A stretch of 64,000 nucleotides of DNA, from IMG/VR virus record IMGVR_UViG_3300046834_000025, positions 13,834 through 77,833 of that record, one strand, 5' to 3'. The notes under the pieces were generated by a model. It was not told the DNA's origin. It saw nothing but the letters and a program-made list of their open reading frames with translations, and made no database searches. The translations under genes and the position numbers were made by a program. The DNA comes from a virus. Positions 9,578 to 17,923 of this stretch are shown piece after piece. Position 1 is the first letter of the stretch; the number at the start of each line of letters is the position of its first letter.

Positions 9578-9833
9578 TGCGCGGATCAGCGAACACGCGC
9601 GGCAACGGTGTCGCGAGATGGGCATTAGTACGAAGGTGGCTAAGCGCATCGCTCGCAACCCAACGATGGTGCTACCAGACTTCGGCGGCATCACGACTCG
9701 CCGCTTCATCTACTCCTCTGATGAGCCGCTGTATGCGATCGTCATTGCAGAGATCGACAACGATCGACCGCTCGTTGTCACCGTCCTGCACTACTCCCAG
9801 ACCTACACACCCCGAAGGAACTCCAATGTTTGA
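9564..9833 (+). CDS. DUF4258-like (RelE/BrnT-fold) small protein
   Basis: RISEHARQRCREMGIS...LVVTVL pattern; start uncertain. Confidence 0.55.
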   Translation: MTTRDARISEHARQRCREMGISTKVAKRIARNPTMVLPDFGGITTRRFIYSSDEPLYAIVIAEIDNDRPLVVTVLHYSQTYTPRRNSNV

Positions 9834-10032
9834 GGCTCTGTACCAGCTTCACAGGACCGTCTACAACACCGACTACGATCCCAACGAGCCGGAGTACCCC
9901 GGCAACTTCTCCTACCCGATGCCGAGTGAAGAGAAGGCAGGCCGAATCGTGGCCGTTGACTGGTCCACGCCCGGACAGGTCACCGTGACCCGCCTCACCG
10001 TCAACAGCGTTGCCGTGGGTATCAGGTCATGA
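9826..10032 (+). CDS. hypothetical protein
   Basis: GAAGGA RBS. Confidence 0.6.
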   Translation: MFEALYQLHRTVYNTDYDPNEPEYPGNFSYPMPSEEKAGRIVAVDWSTPGQVTVTRLTVNSVAVGIRS

Positions 10033-10391
10033 CCATCTACGAGTACCGGCTTGGCCTGCAGGGACCGTGGACACAGGTCGCTGCCGACACCATCGCGTTC
10101 GTCCACAGTGGTCACGTGGTGTTCTCCGATCAGCGCGATAGGCTGATCCTGGCCGTCGACCGACCGGCGAACGTCCGACTGGCACCCGACCAGACACCAC
10201 AGGACACGCCGGAATCGGAGTCGCTACCGATGGCAGAGGAGGAGAACGTCAACCTGGACTTCTACGAGAAGCGCCTTGAGAAGGGCATTACCCCACCGTG
10301 GGAGATCTGGTACAAGCGTGACGTTCCGCGTCTGATCGCAGAGATCAGACTTCTTCGCCAGCACATCCGCTTCCTCAAGGGGGGTCTCTGA
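10029..10391 (+). CDS. hypothetical protein
   Basis: ATGA overlap. Confidence 0.65.
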   Translation: MTIYEYRLGLQGPWTQVAADTIAFVHSGHVVFSDQRDRLILAVDRPANVRLAPDQTPQDTPESESLPMAEEENVNLDFYEKRLEKGITPPWEIWYKRDVPRLIAEIRLLRQHIRFLKGGL

Positions 10392-10786
10392 TGCTGAACC
10401 GCCTCGAGCACCGCTTCAACGAGCCCGTCTTTCTCACCGGCTGGTATCCGTTCTTCGAGGAGGGTTCGCACATCATCCGGCCACTCCTGTTCGGTGTCCT
10501 GGTCGAACTGGCCGAAGGCAAGCTGCAGGAGTTCCGTGGCGACCTGTTCCACGATGCCAAGTGGCTCGAGGAGAACGTCAACGGGCCAATCAAGTTCCCA
10601 TTCATGGTCCGGCACTCTGGCACGCACATCGGTGACCAGGACGTGCAGACCGCGATCGATATCAAGAGCCCTGGCATGATCTACGACATCGAGCTCACGT
10701 GCAGGCGTGGAGCCTACTACGTCACCGTGACGGAGCGCACGAGGGAGAGCGAGACCGTATCAGCGCAATGGGCTACCGTAGCCTGA
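10391..10786 (+). CDS. hypothetical protein
   Basis: TGATG coupling. Confidence 0.7.
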   Translation: MLNRLEHRFNEPVFLTGWYPFFEEGSHIIRPLLFGVLVELAEGKLQEFRGDLFHDAKWLEENVNGPIKFPFMVRHSGTHIGDQDVQTAIDIKSPGMIYDIELTCRRGAYYVTVTERTRESETVSAQWATVA

Positions 10787-10801
10787 AGGAGTACAAGAGC
10801 G

Positions 10802-11101
10802 ATGACTGAGATCGAGAGACTGCGTGCCTGGATTCGGCTCTCCAACAAGGCCGGTCTGCGCACCGAGCACGTCAGGGATGTCGAGACCGTTGTCGACCAC
10901 CTGGAAAGTGCGCGCGACACCATGAGCCGCATGGCAGATACCATGACCGAGATCTGTCAGGCTCTCGGCTTGCCGGAAGCCACACATGTCAACGAGCTAC
11001 CGGCTGCCGTCACCAAGGCTCTCAAGGAGTCCTACGACAAGGGCTACGCGCAGGCCGAATCAGGTGGCCGGATCGATCTAGGGAGAGACACCGATGACTA
11101 A
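10802..11101 (+). CDS. hypothetical protein (shares a segment with 11299-11682)
   Basis: AAGGAG RBS. Confidence 0.7.
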   Translation: MTEIERLRAWIRLSNKAGLRTEHVRDVETVVDHLESARDTMSRMADTMTEICQALGLPEATHVNELPAAVTKALKESYDKGYAQAESGGRIDLGRDTDD

Positions 11102-11306
11102 GATCGGGACGAAGGACCTGACGAAGTGGGCGGTTGTATCGTCATCACCGTTCCTCACCGCCAGTGGGTTGACCGAGGTGGTTGCCTTCACGGTGACAAA
11201 AGCTCAGGCCGAGTCGTTCATCGCTCTCCTTGAGCCGAACCGCAAACACCGACGTGAATGGAAGGCTGTGCGTAAAGACGACCTAGGGAGAAACACCGAT
11301 GGGTGA
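11094..11306 (+). CDS. hypothetical protein
   Basis: AGGGAG RBS. Confidence 0.6.
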   Translation: MTKIGTKDLTKWAVVSSSPFLTASGLTEVVAFTVTKAQAESFIALLEPNRKHRREWKAVRKDDLGRNTDG

Positions 11307-11682
11307 GATCATCCACAACAGGGAGTTCTGCCGTGGCTTCTCAAGCCCGGATGAATGTTGCGGCTGCCCGAACTGCACGGCAACGGAACACGTGCCTGGC
11401 TGCCACTTCGCTCTCGAGCGCGGAGGCATCACGATCACGGTCAACAGCCTTCTGTCGATCCTGACCGATATCCGCAAGGGTCTCCTTCTGCCAGGGACCA
11501 CGCCCGTCGACACGCTACCGACTGCTGTTCGCGAAGCAATGCAGGCAGCCTACACGAAGGGTCGGCTGGAAGGCTTCGCAGAGGCGAACACTCTGTGGCA
11601 GACTGGCCGTGCTGGTCGCTCTGAGAACGAGCCGGACTACCAGGCATGGCTCGCCCAAGCCAAGAGGGAAGGCTGGCTCTGA
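11299..11682 (+). CDS. hypothetical protein, N-terminal Cys/His cluster
   Basis: AGGGAG RBS. Confidence 0.65.
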   Translation: MGEIIHNREFCRGFSSPDECCGCPNCTATEHVPGCHFALERGGITITVNSLLSILTDIRKGLLLPGTTPVDTLPTAVREAMQAAYTKGRLEGFAEANTLWQTGRAGRSENEPDYQAWLAQAKREGWL

Positions 11683-11683
11683 G

Positions 11684-11971
11684 ATGGACACCCGCACCTG
11701 GACAATGGGTTACTATCCCATGCCTGCAAAGAAGCCCTACTCTGATGCCGATCTGGTTGCACGAGCAAGGATGTTCAACCACAACGACATCGCCGATCGC
11801 TTAGAGGCTCTGATCTACAAGGACTTGTGCCTCTGCAACATTGGTGTGCAGGCGTGTCCGGTGCATCCCGGCAACCTCCGCACCAAGGAGGAGAAGATCT
11901 CGTTCCGCAAGAGGTGGGACGAGGATGTGGAAAGGGCTGCGCAGGCCGCACATTCAAGGGATAATGAGTAA
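11684..11971 (+). CDS. hypothetical protein
   Basis: CLC...CPVH motif, packed ORF. Confidence 0.6.
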   Translation: MDTRTWTMGYYPMPAKKPYSDADLVARARMFNHNDIADRLEALIYKDLCLCNIGVQACPVHPGNLRTKEEKISFRKRWDEDVERAAQAAHSRDNE

Positions 11972-12051
11972 TGGGCAAAGCACAACAGTACCAGATGCCG
12001 AACGCTACAGGACCGAGGCCCGTCCGCGTGCCTCCCAAAAGAGGGAAACCG

Positions 12052-12666
12052 ATGAGCAACAACACTGTGCCCGCCGACGGGCGAGAGATCTGCCCTGGCG
12101 ACCCGGAGCACTACAAGGACGCCCACGGACCTGGCCAGGTCTGGTGGGGCGTCCCATTCAGCCACGAGGGCAAGGATGGTGGCAAGGACTACTCGGAGTG
12201 GGTGATCTCAAAGCACGACGCCGCGCCGTCTGCCCTGGTCGAGGACGTTCTGCCGGACTGGCTGAAGGTCGATCCGCGTGCGTGGGTGTACTACAACCGC
12301 GAACTCGATGTCGTGCAGGCCGCGAAGGAGAAGTGCACCGAGTGGTCCTTTGATCAGGACTCTCACGGCTACTGCCACGACCGTGTCGTCCTGCAGGGTC
12401 TCCTGCGCAAGATCGAGACCGTCAACGGTCTGCTGGCCGACCTGCCCGACAGCGTACCACCTCCCGTCTGGACTGACGGATACCGGGAACTGGCCGATGC
12501 CATCCCGTCTGTCCATGATCTAGCTCATCAACTTCTGCGCGCAGCGATGCGCGGCGACAAGGGTGAGACGGCTCGCATCGTGCGAACCCTGGACCGCGAG
12601 ACCAGGGACCACTTCCGTGCGAGCTTCGACCGGGTGATCGAGGCGATCGACCACGAGGACATGTGA
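12052..12666 (+). CDS. hypothetical protein
   Basis: start-associated motif GAGGGAAACCGATG. Confidence 0.7.
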   Translation: MSNNTVPADGREICPGDPEHYKDAHGPGQVWWGVPFSHEGKDGGKDYSEWVISKHDAAPSALVEDVLPDWLKVDPRAWVYYNRELDVVQAAKEKCTEWSFDQDSHGYCHDRVVLQGLLRKIETVNGLLADLPDSVPPPVWTDGYRELADAIPSVHDLAHQLLRAAMRGDKGETARIVRTLDRETRDHFRASFDRVIEAIDHEDM

Positions 12667-12708
12667 TGAGTGCCATCGTTGCCGAGAACTATGGCAGGGG
12701 GAGACCAC

Positions 12709-13113
12709 GTGGCAAGGTGTGAAGGCTCTGGCGACCTGGTTGACCTCGCTTGGGTGCCGGACGACAAGGGCTATCCTGGTGCCGCTGTCTGTCTGCATTG
12801 CAGTGGCGGCATACAGGTCCGCAAGGGCTCTGCCAAGCTGTACACGCTCGAGGACGGTCGAGAGGTCTGGGCCGGAATCCTCAAGGTGCACACCTTCCCG
12901 AAGGCGTGGAAGGACGCCGATGAGCACTTGGAGAAGCACGAGTCTCCGCCGATCGAGTGCTCTGAGCCGGATTGCCCTGAGACTATCCCGAACCACATGT
13001 GGGGTAAGGTCAAGAGCAACTGGTTCTTTCAGAAGGACGGTAAGCAGTACTGCCCCAAGCACACACCGGCTTGGGTCGCAGGTTGGCGTGCACGGAAAGC
13101 AAAACGCAAGTAG
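12709..13113 (+). CDS. hypothetical zinc-binding protein
   Basis: GGGGGAG RBS; several Cys pairs. Confidence 0.65.
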   Translation: MARCEGSGDLVDLAWVPDDKGYPGAAVCLHCSGGIQVRKGSAKLYTLEDGREVWAGILKVHTFPKAWKDADEHLEKHESPPIECSEPDCPETIPNHMWGKVKSNWFFQKDGKQYCPKHTPAWVAGWRARKAKRK

Positions 13114-13156
13114 AGCTTTCGAGACATCCGGTCTCGGAGAAACAAAGGAGAGTAAC

Positions 13157-13342
13157 ATGGCAAAGGGTTCCAGCAGTGGTAGTCGCAGCAGTGGTGGCGG
13201 CTCGCACTCCTACGGCGGCAAGAGCTACCCCAACACGGGTGCCAGTCCCGCCCGTCAGAGCCAGCCGTCCGGCACCACGGTCGGCGGGTACACGAAGGTC
13301 GCGAACCCGGACGGTACGTACCGGATGAAGCCGAGCAAGTAG
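13157..13342 (+). CDS. 61-aa Gly/Ser-rich basic protein
   Basis: AAGGAG RBS, strong codon bias, followed by a hairpin. Confidence 0.7.
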   Translation: MAKGSSSGSRSSGGGSHSYGGKSYPNTGASPARQSQPSGTTVGGYTKVANPDGTYRMKPSK

Positions 13343-13352
13343 CAGTTCCGAT

Positions 13353-13380
13353 GGGGGAGAGGCAACACGGCCTCTCCCCA
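13353..13380 (+). terminator. GC-rich hairpin, possible terminator
   Basis: ggggagaggc/gcctctcccc stem; no U-tract. Confidence 0.5.
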
Positions 13381-13407
13381 CTGCGCCTGGAAGGAGGTGA
13401 TGCCACG

Positions 13408-14761
13408 ATGACCTATGATCCCCGCTTGCACGAATATCAGTTGCGAGCGATCGAACATCTGCTTGGAACCGGCGAACGCGGTTCAGCGTTGTTACTTGAC
13501 ATGGGCCTCGGTTGAAGGCAAGACCGCTACCGTCTTGCAGGCGATCGACGAGCGCCACCTTCCGATGCTTGTGTTGGCACCCAAGAGGGTTGCCGAAGAA
13601 GTGTGGCTGGAACAGCGTGACCTCTGGCGACCTGGTCTGGACATGGTCGTGGCGACCGGCAGCCCGACCACGCGGGCCAACAAGCGTGCCAGAGACGCCG
13701 ATGTCGTCGTCATGACCCGCGACAACGTGGGTGACTTCGGAGACCGGAAGCACCCGTTCCGCACTGTCGTCCTGGACGAGTCGTCCGGCTACAAGGACAA
13801 AGGTACCGCCCGTTGGAGGGCGACTAACAAGGTAGTCAACAAGAGTCACTTCACTTGGGCATTGACTGGCACACCTGCGCCGAACAGCTACATGGACCTC
13901 TGGGCACAGATGTACCTGCTCGACCACGGCAAGCGACTTGAGACCACGTTGGGGGCGTATAGGAACCGCTACTTCGACGCTGGACGCCGGACGAAGATCA
14001 CCAACATCGTCTACGAGTGGTTGCTCAAGCCTGGTGCCAAGGACTCGATCAACAAGAGGCTTGAGGACCTTTGCCTCTCAATGAGAGCCGAAGACTACCT
14101 GACGCTTCCAGAGCTCACCTTCAACGAGGTACGGGTCAAGATACCGCCCGTGGCGAAGCGAGCTTATGAAGACCTGCATAAGGTCTTGGTCGCCGACCTG
14201 ACGCTCATGGGAGGGTATGTCCACACTGCAGCGAACGCGGCTGTCCTCTCGAACCGTCTGCGTCAGGTGTGTGCCGGATTCCTCTACGAGGACGGCAACA
14301 CGGACAACCACACCTGGTTGCACGACGAGAAGATGCGTGCGTTGCAGGAGATCGTCGATGGTACTGGCTCGCCGGTCCTGGTCTTCTACCAGTTCAAGGA
14401 GGAAGAGCGAAAGATCCTCTCTGTCATCGATGGTGCCGTCTCGATCCGCGAGCCAGGCATCATTCCTGCCTGGAACCGTGGAGAGGTACGAGCCCTGGTC
14501 GCACACCCGCAGTCAGCCGGTCACGGTCTCAACCTGCAGCACGGCGGTCACACGATCGTCTACACCACCTTGCCGTGGTCTGGTGAGGAGTGGGAGCAGT
14601 CCGTTCACCGCCTGCACCGCCAGGGACAGCGCAACGCTGTTGTCGTCCACTGGCTCTGGGCAGGCCCGATCGACCGTACCGCCTTCAACACGGTGCAAGA
14701 CAAGAAGTCCGTACAGGACGGGCTCAAGTCGTACCTCCGAGAGACAGACCTGTGGCTATGA
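13408..14761 (+). CDS. SNF2-family (SF2) DNA helicase, reading frame interrupted in Walker A
   Basis: AAGGAGG RBS + ATG 13408 gives LHEYQ...LLDMGLG-stop; next frame resumes GKT, then VLAPKRVA, VVLDESS, LTGTPAPN, GHGLNLQ, RLHRQGQ. Confidence 0.9.
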
Positions 14762-15297
14762 ACTACGATGCAGCACACTATAGTCTTCGCAAGGCGCGAG
14801 GACTCGCTTCCGCATACGCGTGCGTGAACTGCGATGCGCAGGCACGCGACTGGTCATACCAGTACAACGCAGGGGCAGATGAGCTTACAGAAGGTCGGAG
14901 ACGATACTCAGCCAACCCGGATCACTACGTGCCGATGTGTCGGCGCTGCCACAAGGCTTTCGATGCAGAGCATGATCCCTCGATCACAGAAGCTCTAGCA
15001 GCCAGTGGGCGGAGAAACATCGTACACTGCCTAGAGGTGAAGGCTGAACGGTTAGCGACTGACCCTGAATACGCTGCACGAGTTGCCGACCATGCGCGTA
15101 CCATGTGGACACCAGAAGGCAGCCTGGCAGGTGGGCTGGCCGTCATGGAGAAGATCGGTCCAGAACAGTGGAGCGAGAACGCAAGTCGAGGAGGTACAAC
15201 CGTCAGCAAGCAAACACGAGAGTGCGAGTGCGGGTTAATCAGCAACCCCGGAGCAGTTGGAAGACATCTGAGTGCAACAGGGCACTCACTGAAGTGA
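14758..15297 (+). CDS. HNH-type homing endonuclease with C-terminal Cys/His finger
   Basis: CVNC...ARDWSYQY...YVPMCRRCHKAFD; atypical codon use. Confidence 0.7.
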   Translation: MNYDAAHYSLRKARGLASAYACVNCDAQARDWSYQYNAGADELTEGRRRYSANPDHYVPMCRRCHKAFDAEHDPSITEALAASGRRNIVHCLEVKAERLATDPEYAARVADHARTMWTPEGSLAGGLAVMEKIGPEQWSENASRGGTTVSKQTRECECGLISNPGAVGRHLSATGHSLK

Positions 15298-15316
15298 AGG
15301 AGACTGATCTATGGCT

Positions 15317-15544
15317 ATGAAGCTCAAGACGATCTGGACCATGCCTGCGATGAGCTTGCGAGAGCGGTTCGGTCGCACCTACGACCTGGTGCTGATCAAG
15401 CTGGCGCACCATCTGCCTGCCTCTCTCAAGTACCGCGTCTTCCTGGATGTCGGGGCAGCCAACATCCGGCCCGACGAGACCGTGCCCAGCGTGTACTATT
15501 TCGATATCCTGCAGCGCATGGAGGTTGGTCGCCGTGGCGAGTGA
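15317..15544 (+). CDS. hypothetical protein
   Basis: ATGA overlap with duplicated helicase end. Confidence 0.65.
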   Translation: MKLKTIWTMPAMSLRERFGRTYDLVLIKLAHHLPASLKYRVFLDVGAANIRPDETVPSVYYFDILQRMEVGRRGE

Positions 15545-15634
15545 GTGTCCATACTGCCAGTACCGCTTCGAGACGGAAGCCGAGCTCGCAGAACACGTTC
15601 CTTGTCCTGAAACGATCGGTGACCTGGAGGTTCC

Positions 15635-15787
15635 ATGCTAAGAGCCTGGCGAGGGCTAGTAGACGCCTTCAAAGGGGTGCTCAACGGCTTTGTCCGAGCT
15701 ATTTCCATCGAACCACCGTGGGCACTGCTCTACTGCGTGATGGCGCTCGCGTTCGTTTTCGTTGTGGTGTTTGGAGGCAAACGATGA
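15635..15787 (+). CDS. small membrane protein
   Basis: GGAGG RBS; hydrophobic WALLYCVMALAFVFVVVF. Confidence 0.55.
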   Translation: MLRAWRGLVDAFKGVLNGFVRAISIEPPWALLYCVMALAFVFVVVFGGKR

Positions 15788-16497
15788 CCAAGAAGTGTAA
15801 TGCGATCATGACCAGCGAAGGTGGTGTCTGCGAGCTTCACGGCGCTGCCTGGTCGAAGGACGGCTGTACGACAGCCGTTGTACTGGAAGATGTGCGCGAG
15901 CACCGGCAGTGGCAGTTCGACCACCACGGCTCGAACCGGAATGTGCCGGATGGCACTGGTCCGCAGGTCGAGTGGCTGATGCCAGTCCTCGGTGCAGACG
16001 GCGCAAAGCAGGCATACGTCGGCTCTGTCGGTGCAGCCACGATCGAAGCCCTGTTCCGCGAGGACTGGGACTGGCCGAAGGACGGCACCGACCAGGAGAA
16101 GGCCGATGCCTACGCGGCAATGACCTGGTTGGGTCTTGTGCGCGAGGAGACCGCAGAAGCGTTTGCCAAGGAAGACCAGGACGAGCTCTACGGTGAGCTC
16201 AAGCAGCTTGCCTCACTTGCGATCTCCTGGATGGAGAAAATCCGTGAGCGCAAGCAGTGGCAGTACGGCCAGCTTCATGACGACGGCACCGTCTACAGCC
16301 TGCCCTACTGGCACTCTCCCGACCAGGTGATCGCTGCACAGCATGGTCTGATGCCGGTCCCTGGCATGCAAGTCATGGTCGTTCGTCGTCGCCCTGGTCA
16401 GCCGTGGGAGCCGATGCCGGACACCTACTGGGGAGGAAAGCATGAGCCGCCTGATCTGCCCGGTCTGCACAGCACCACACGGCACGCCGCATCGTAA
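15784..16497 (+). CDS. MazG-like nucleotide pyrophosphohydrolase-domain protein
   Basis: TWLGLVREETAEAF...ELYGELKQLASLAISWME helical pattern. Confidence 0.55.
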   Translation: MTKKCNAIMTSEGGVCELHGAAWSKDGCTTAVVLEDVREHRQWQFDHHGSNRNVPDGTGPQVEWLMPVLGADGAKQAYVGSVGAATIEALFREDWDWPKDGTDQEKADAYAAMTWLGLVREETAEAFAKEDQDELYGELKQLASLAISWMEKIRERKQWQYGQLHDDGTVYSLPYWHSPDQVIAAQHGLMPVPGMQVMVVRRRPGQPWEPMPDTYWGGKHEPPDLPGLHSTTRHAAS

Positions 16498-16624
16498 GAC
16501 CTGCGCTGAAGAGGCACGCAGGATGGTCGATCACCTGACCACCGAACTCGAGAGGCTGCGAGCGCAAAACGAGCAGCTACACATCGAGATCCAGAACCCA
16601 GAGATGAGGATCGATTGGAACTGA
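16442..16624 (+). CDS. small zinc-ribbon/coiled-coil protein
   Basis: GGAGG RBS; CPVC...H...C. Confidence 0.55.
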   Translation: MSRLICPVCTAPHGTPHRKTCAEEARRMVDHLTTELERLRAQNEQLHIEIQNPEMRIDWN

Positions 16625-17172
16625 TCAAGCCGTGTCGTCGAGGTCTCCACGATCTCGCCGATACGGTCAACGTCTACGTGCAGCCAAGTACCGGCAAGCC
16701 GCAATGCAAGCGGTGCATGGCTGACCGGCGCAAGAGGAACAGGCAGCGCAAGGCAGATCAGTATGCAGCAGTTACCAAAGCCTGGAGAGAACAGAACAAA
16801 GAGAGGAATGCTGCAGTACGACGCGCCAACAAGGAGGGTGTAGCTAAGTGGAACAAGACGTATCGCCAGAACAACCCGGAGAAGTTCCAAGGGTACCAAC
16901 GAAAGAGACGTGCGCTGAAGGCTAGCCTGCCTTCGGAGCCGTACACCAGGCAGGACATCATCGATCGTGATGGAACGGACTGTGGTCTCTGTGGAGAGCC
17001 TGTCGATCTTGAGCTCAAGTACCCAGATCATCTGTCGCCGTCGATCGACCACGTCATCCCGATCACCAGGCAAGGACCAGATACCCTTGCGAACGTGCAA
17101 CTCGCGCACCTGATTTGCAACATACGCAAGCACAACCACCTGGAGGAGAAGGACCTTGAACGAGCGTCCTGA
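16615..17172 (+). CDS. HNH endonuclease
   Basis: CGLC...SIDHVIPITRQG...NVQLAHLICNIRK. Confidence 0.9.
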   Translation: MELIKPCRRGLHDLADTVNVYVQPSTGKPQCKRCMADRRKRNRQRKADQYAAVTKAWREQNKERNAAVRRANKEGVAKWNKTYRQNNPEKFQGYQRKRRALKASLPSEPYTRQDIIDRDGTDCGLCGEPVDLELKYPDHLSPSIDHVIPITRQGPDTLANVQLAHLICNIRKHNHLEEKDLERAS

Positions 17173-17554
17173 TTGGCATAGCTATTTCTTGATCATCGCT
17201 CAAGCCGTCGCGACCCGTGGCGAGTGCGTCAGGAGCAAGGTAGGTGCCGTGATCGTTCGCGATCAGCGCATCCTCGCGACAGGCTACAATGGCGTGGCCG
17301 CAGGAGAGCCGTCGTGCCTGGATGGCATCTGTCCGCGTGCTCAGAACCGAGTACCACACGGTACTCCTTATACTGGCGCTGGTGCCTGCATCGCCAAGCA
17401 CGCCGAGATGAACGCGATCGAGGACGCAGAGCGCAGAGAGATCGATATCGAAGGTGCCTGGATGTACCTCACGAAGGAGCCCTGTGAGCAGTGTGTCGGC
17501 CAGCTTGACGCCTACAGGCTCTCCGTCATGTGGCCGGACGACCCTACATCCTAG
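17156..17554 (+). CDS. dCMP (deoxycytidylate) deaminase
   Basis: VGAVIV, ATGYNG, HAEMNA, EPCEQC. Confidence 0.92.
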   Translation: MNERPDWHSYFLIIAQAVATRGECVRSKVGAVIVRDQRILATGYNGVAAGEPSCLDGICPRAQNRVPHGTPYTGAGACIAKHAEMNAIEDAERREIDIEGAWMYLTKEPCEQCVGQLDAYRLSVMWPDDPTS

Positions 17555-17561
17555 CTTGCTG

Positions 17562-17706
17562 GAGGTTGCCACCTCTGGACCTCGAGGCCCACTTGAGTAC
17601 CCTCACCATAGGGTGCCCTCGTTCGGGCCACTCTGGCGTTTTGACAGGTCGCGTGGAAGGAACTCCGGCAGGCCGTGCTCCCCCGTGCCCATGTTGATCA
17701 TGGAAA
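17562..17706 (+). repeat. Conserved non-coding element copy 2
   Basis: matches 6139-6293 in colinear blocks. Confidence 0.85.
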
Positions 17707-17833
17707 GGGGCCAAATGGGTGATCTTCCGCCGAAAGACGCGAGGATGCTCGTGCTCTGGCCGATGAGGTAAGTGCAAGCACACACCGAGGAAGGGAGGTC
17801 GCCAGGTCACTGACCTGGTAAAACACCTGAAAG

Positions 17834-17862
17834 TTGCATTTGAGCGAGATTCATGCTATGAT
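17834..17862 (+). promoter_or_regulatory. SigA-like early promoter P2
   Basis: TTGCAT-17bp-TATGAT with TG extension, then GAGAACTCGA; palindrome ccaggtca-c-tgacctgg just upstream. Confidence 0.8.
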
Positions 17863-17923
17863 GAGAACTCGAACAAGACGTGCCCGCCACCAGGGTCGGC
17901 ACACCGAGGAAGGGAAGCCCACC

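Noticed and set aside
13415-13516. Helicase N-terminus as given by the ORF track (MIPACTNISC...)
   Set aside because: Lacks the Q-motif and DMGLG; the better N-terminus is in the frame starting at 13408 with a strong RBS
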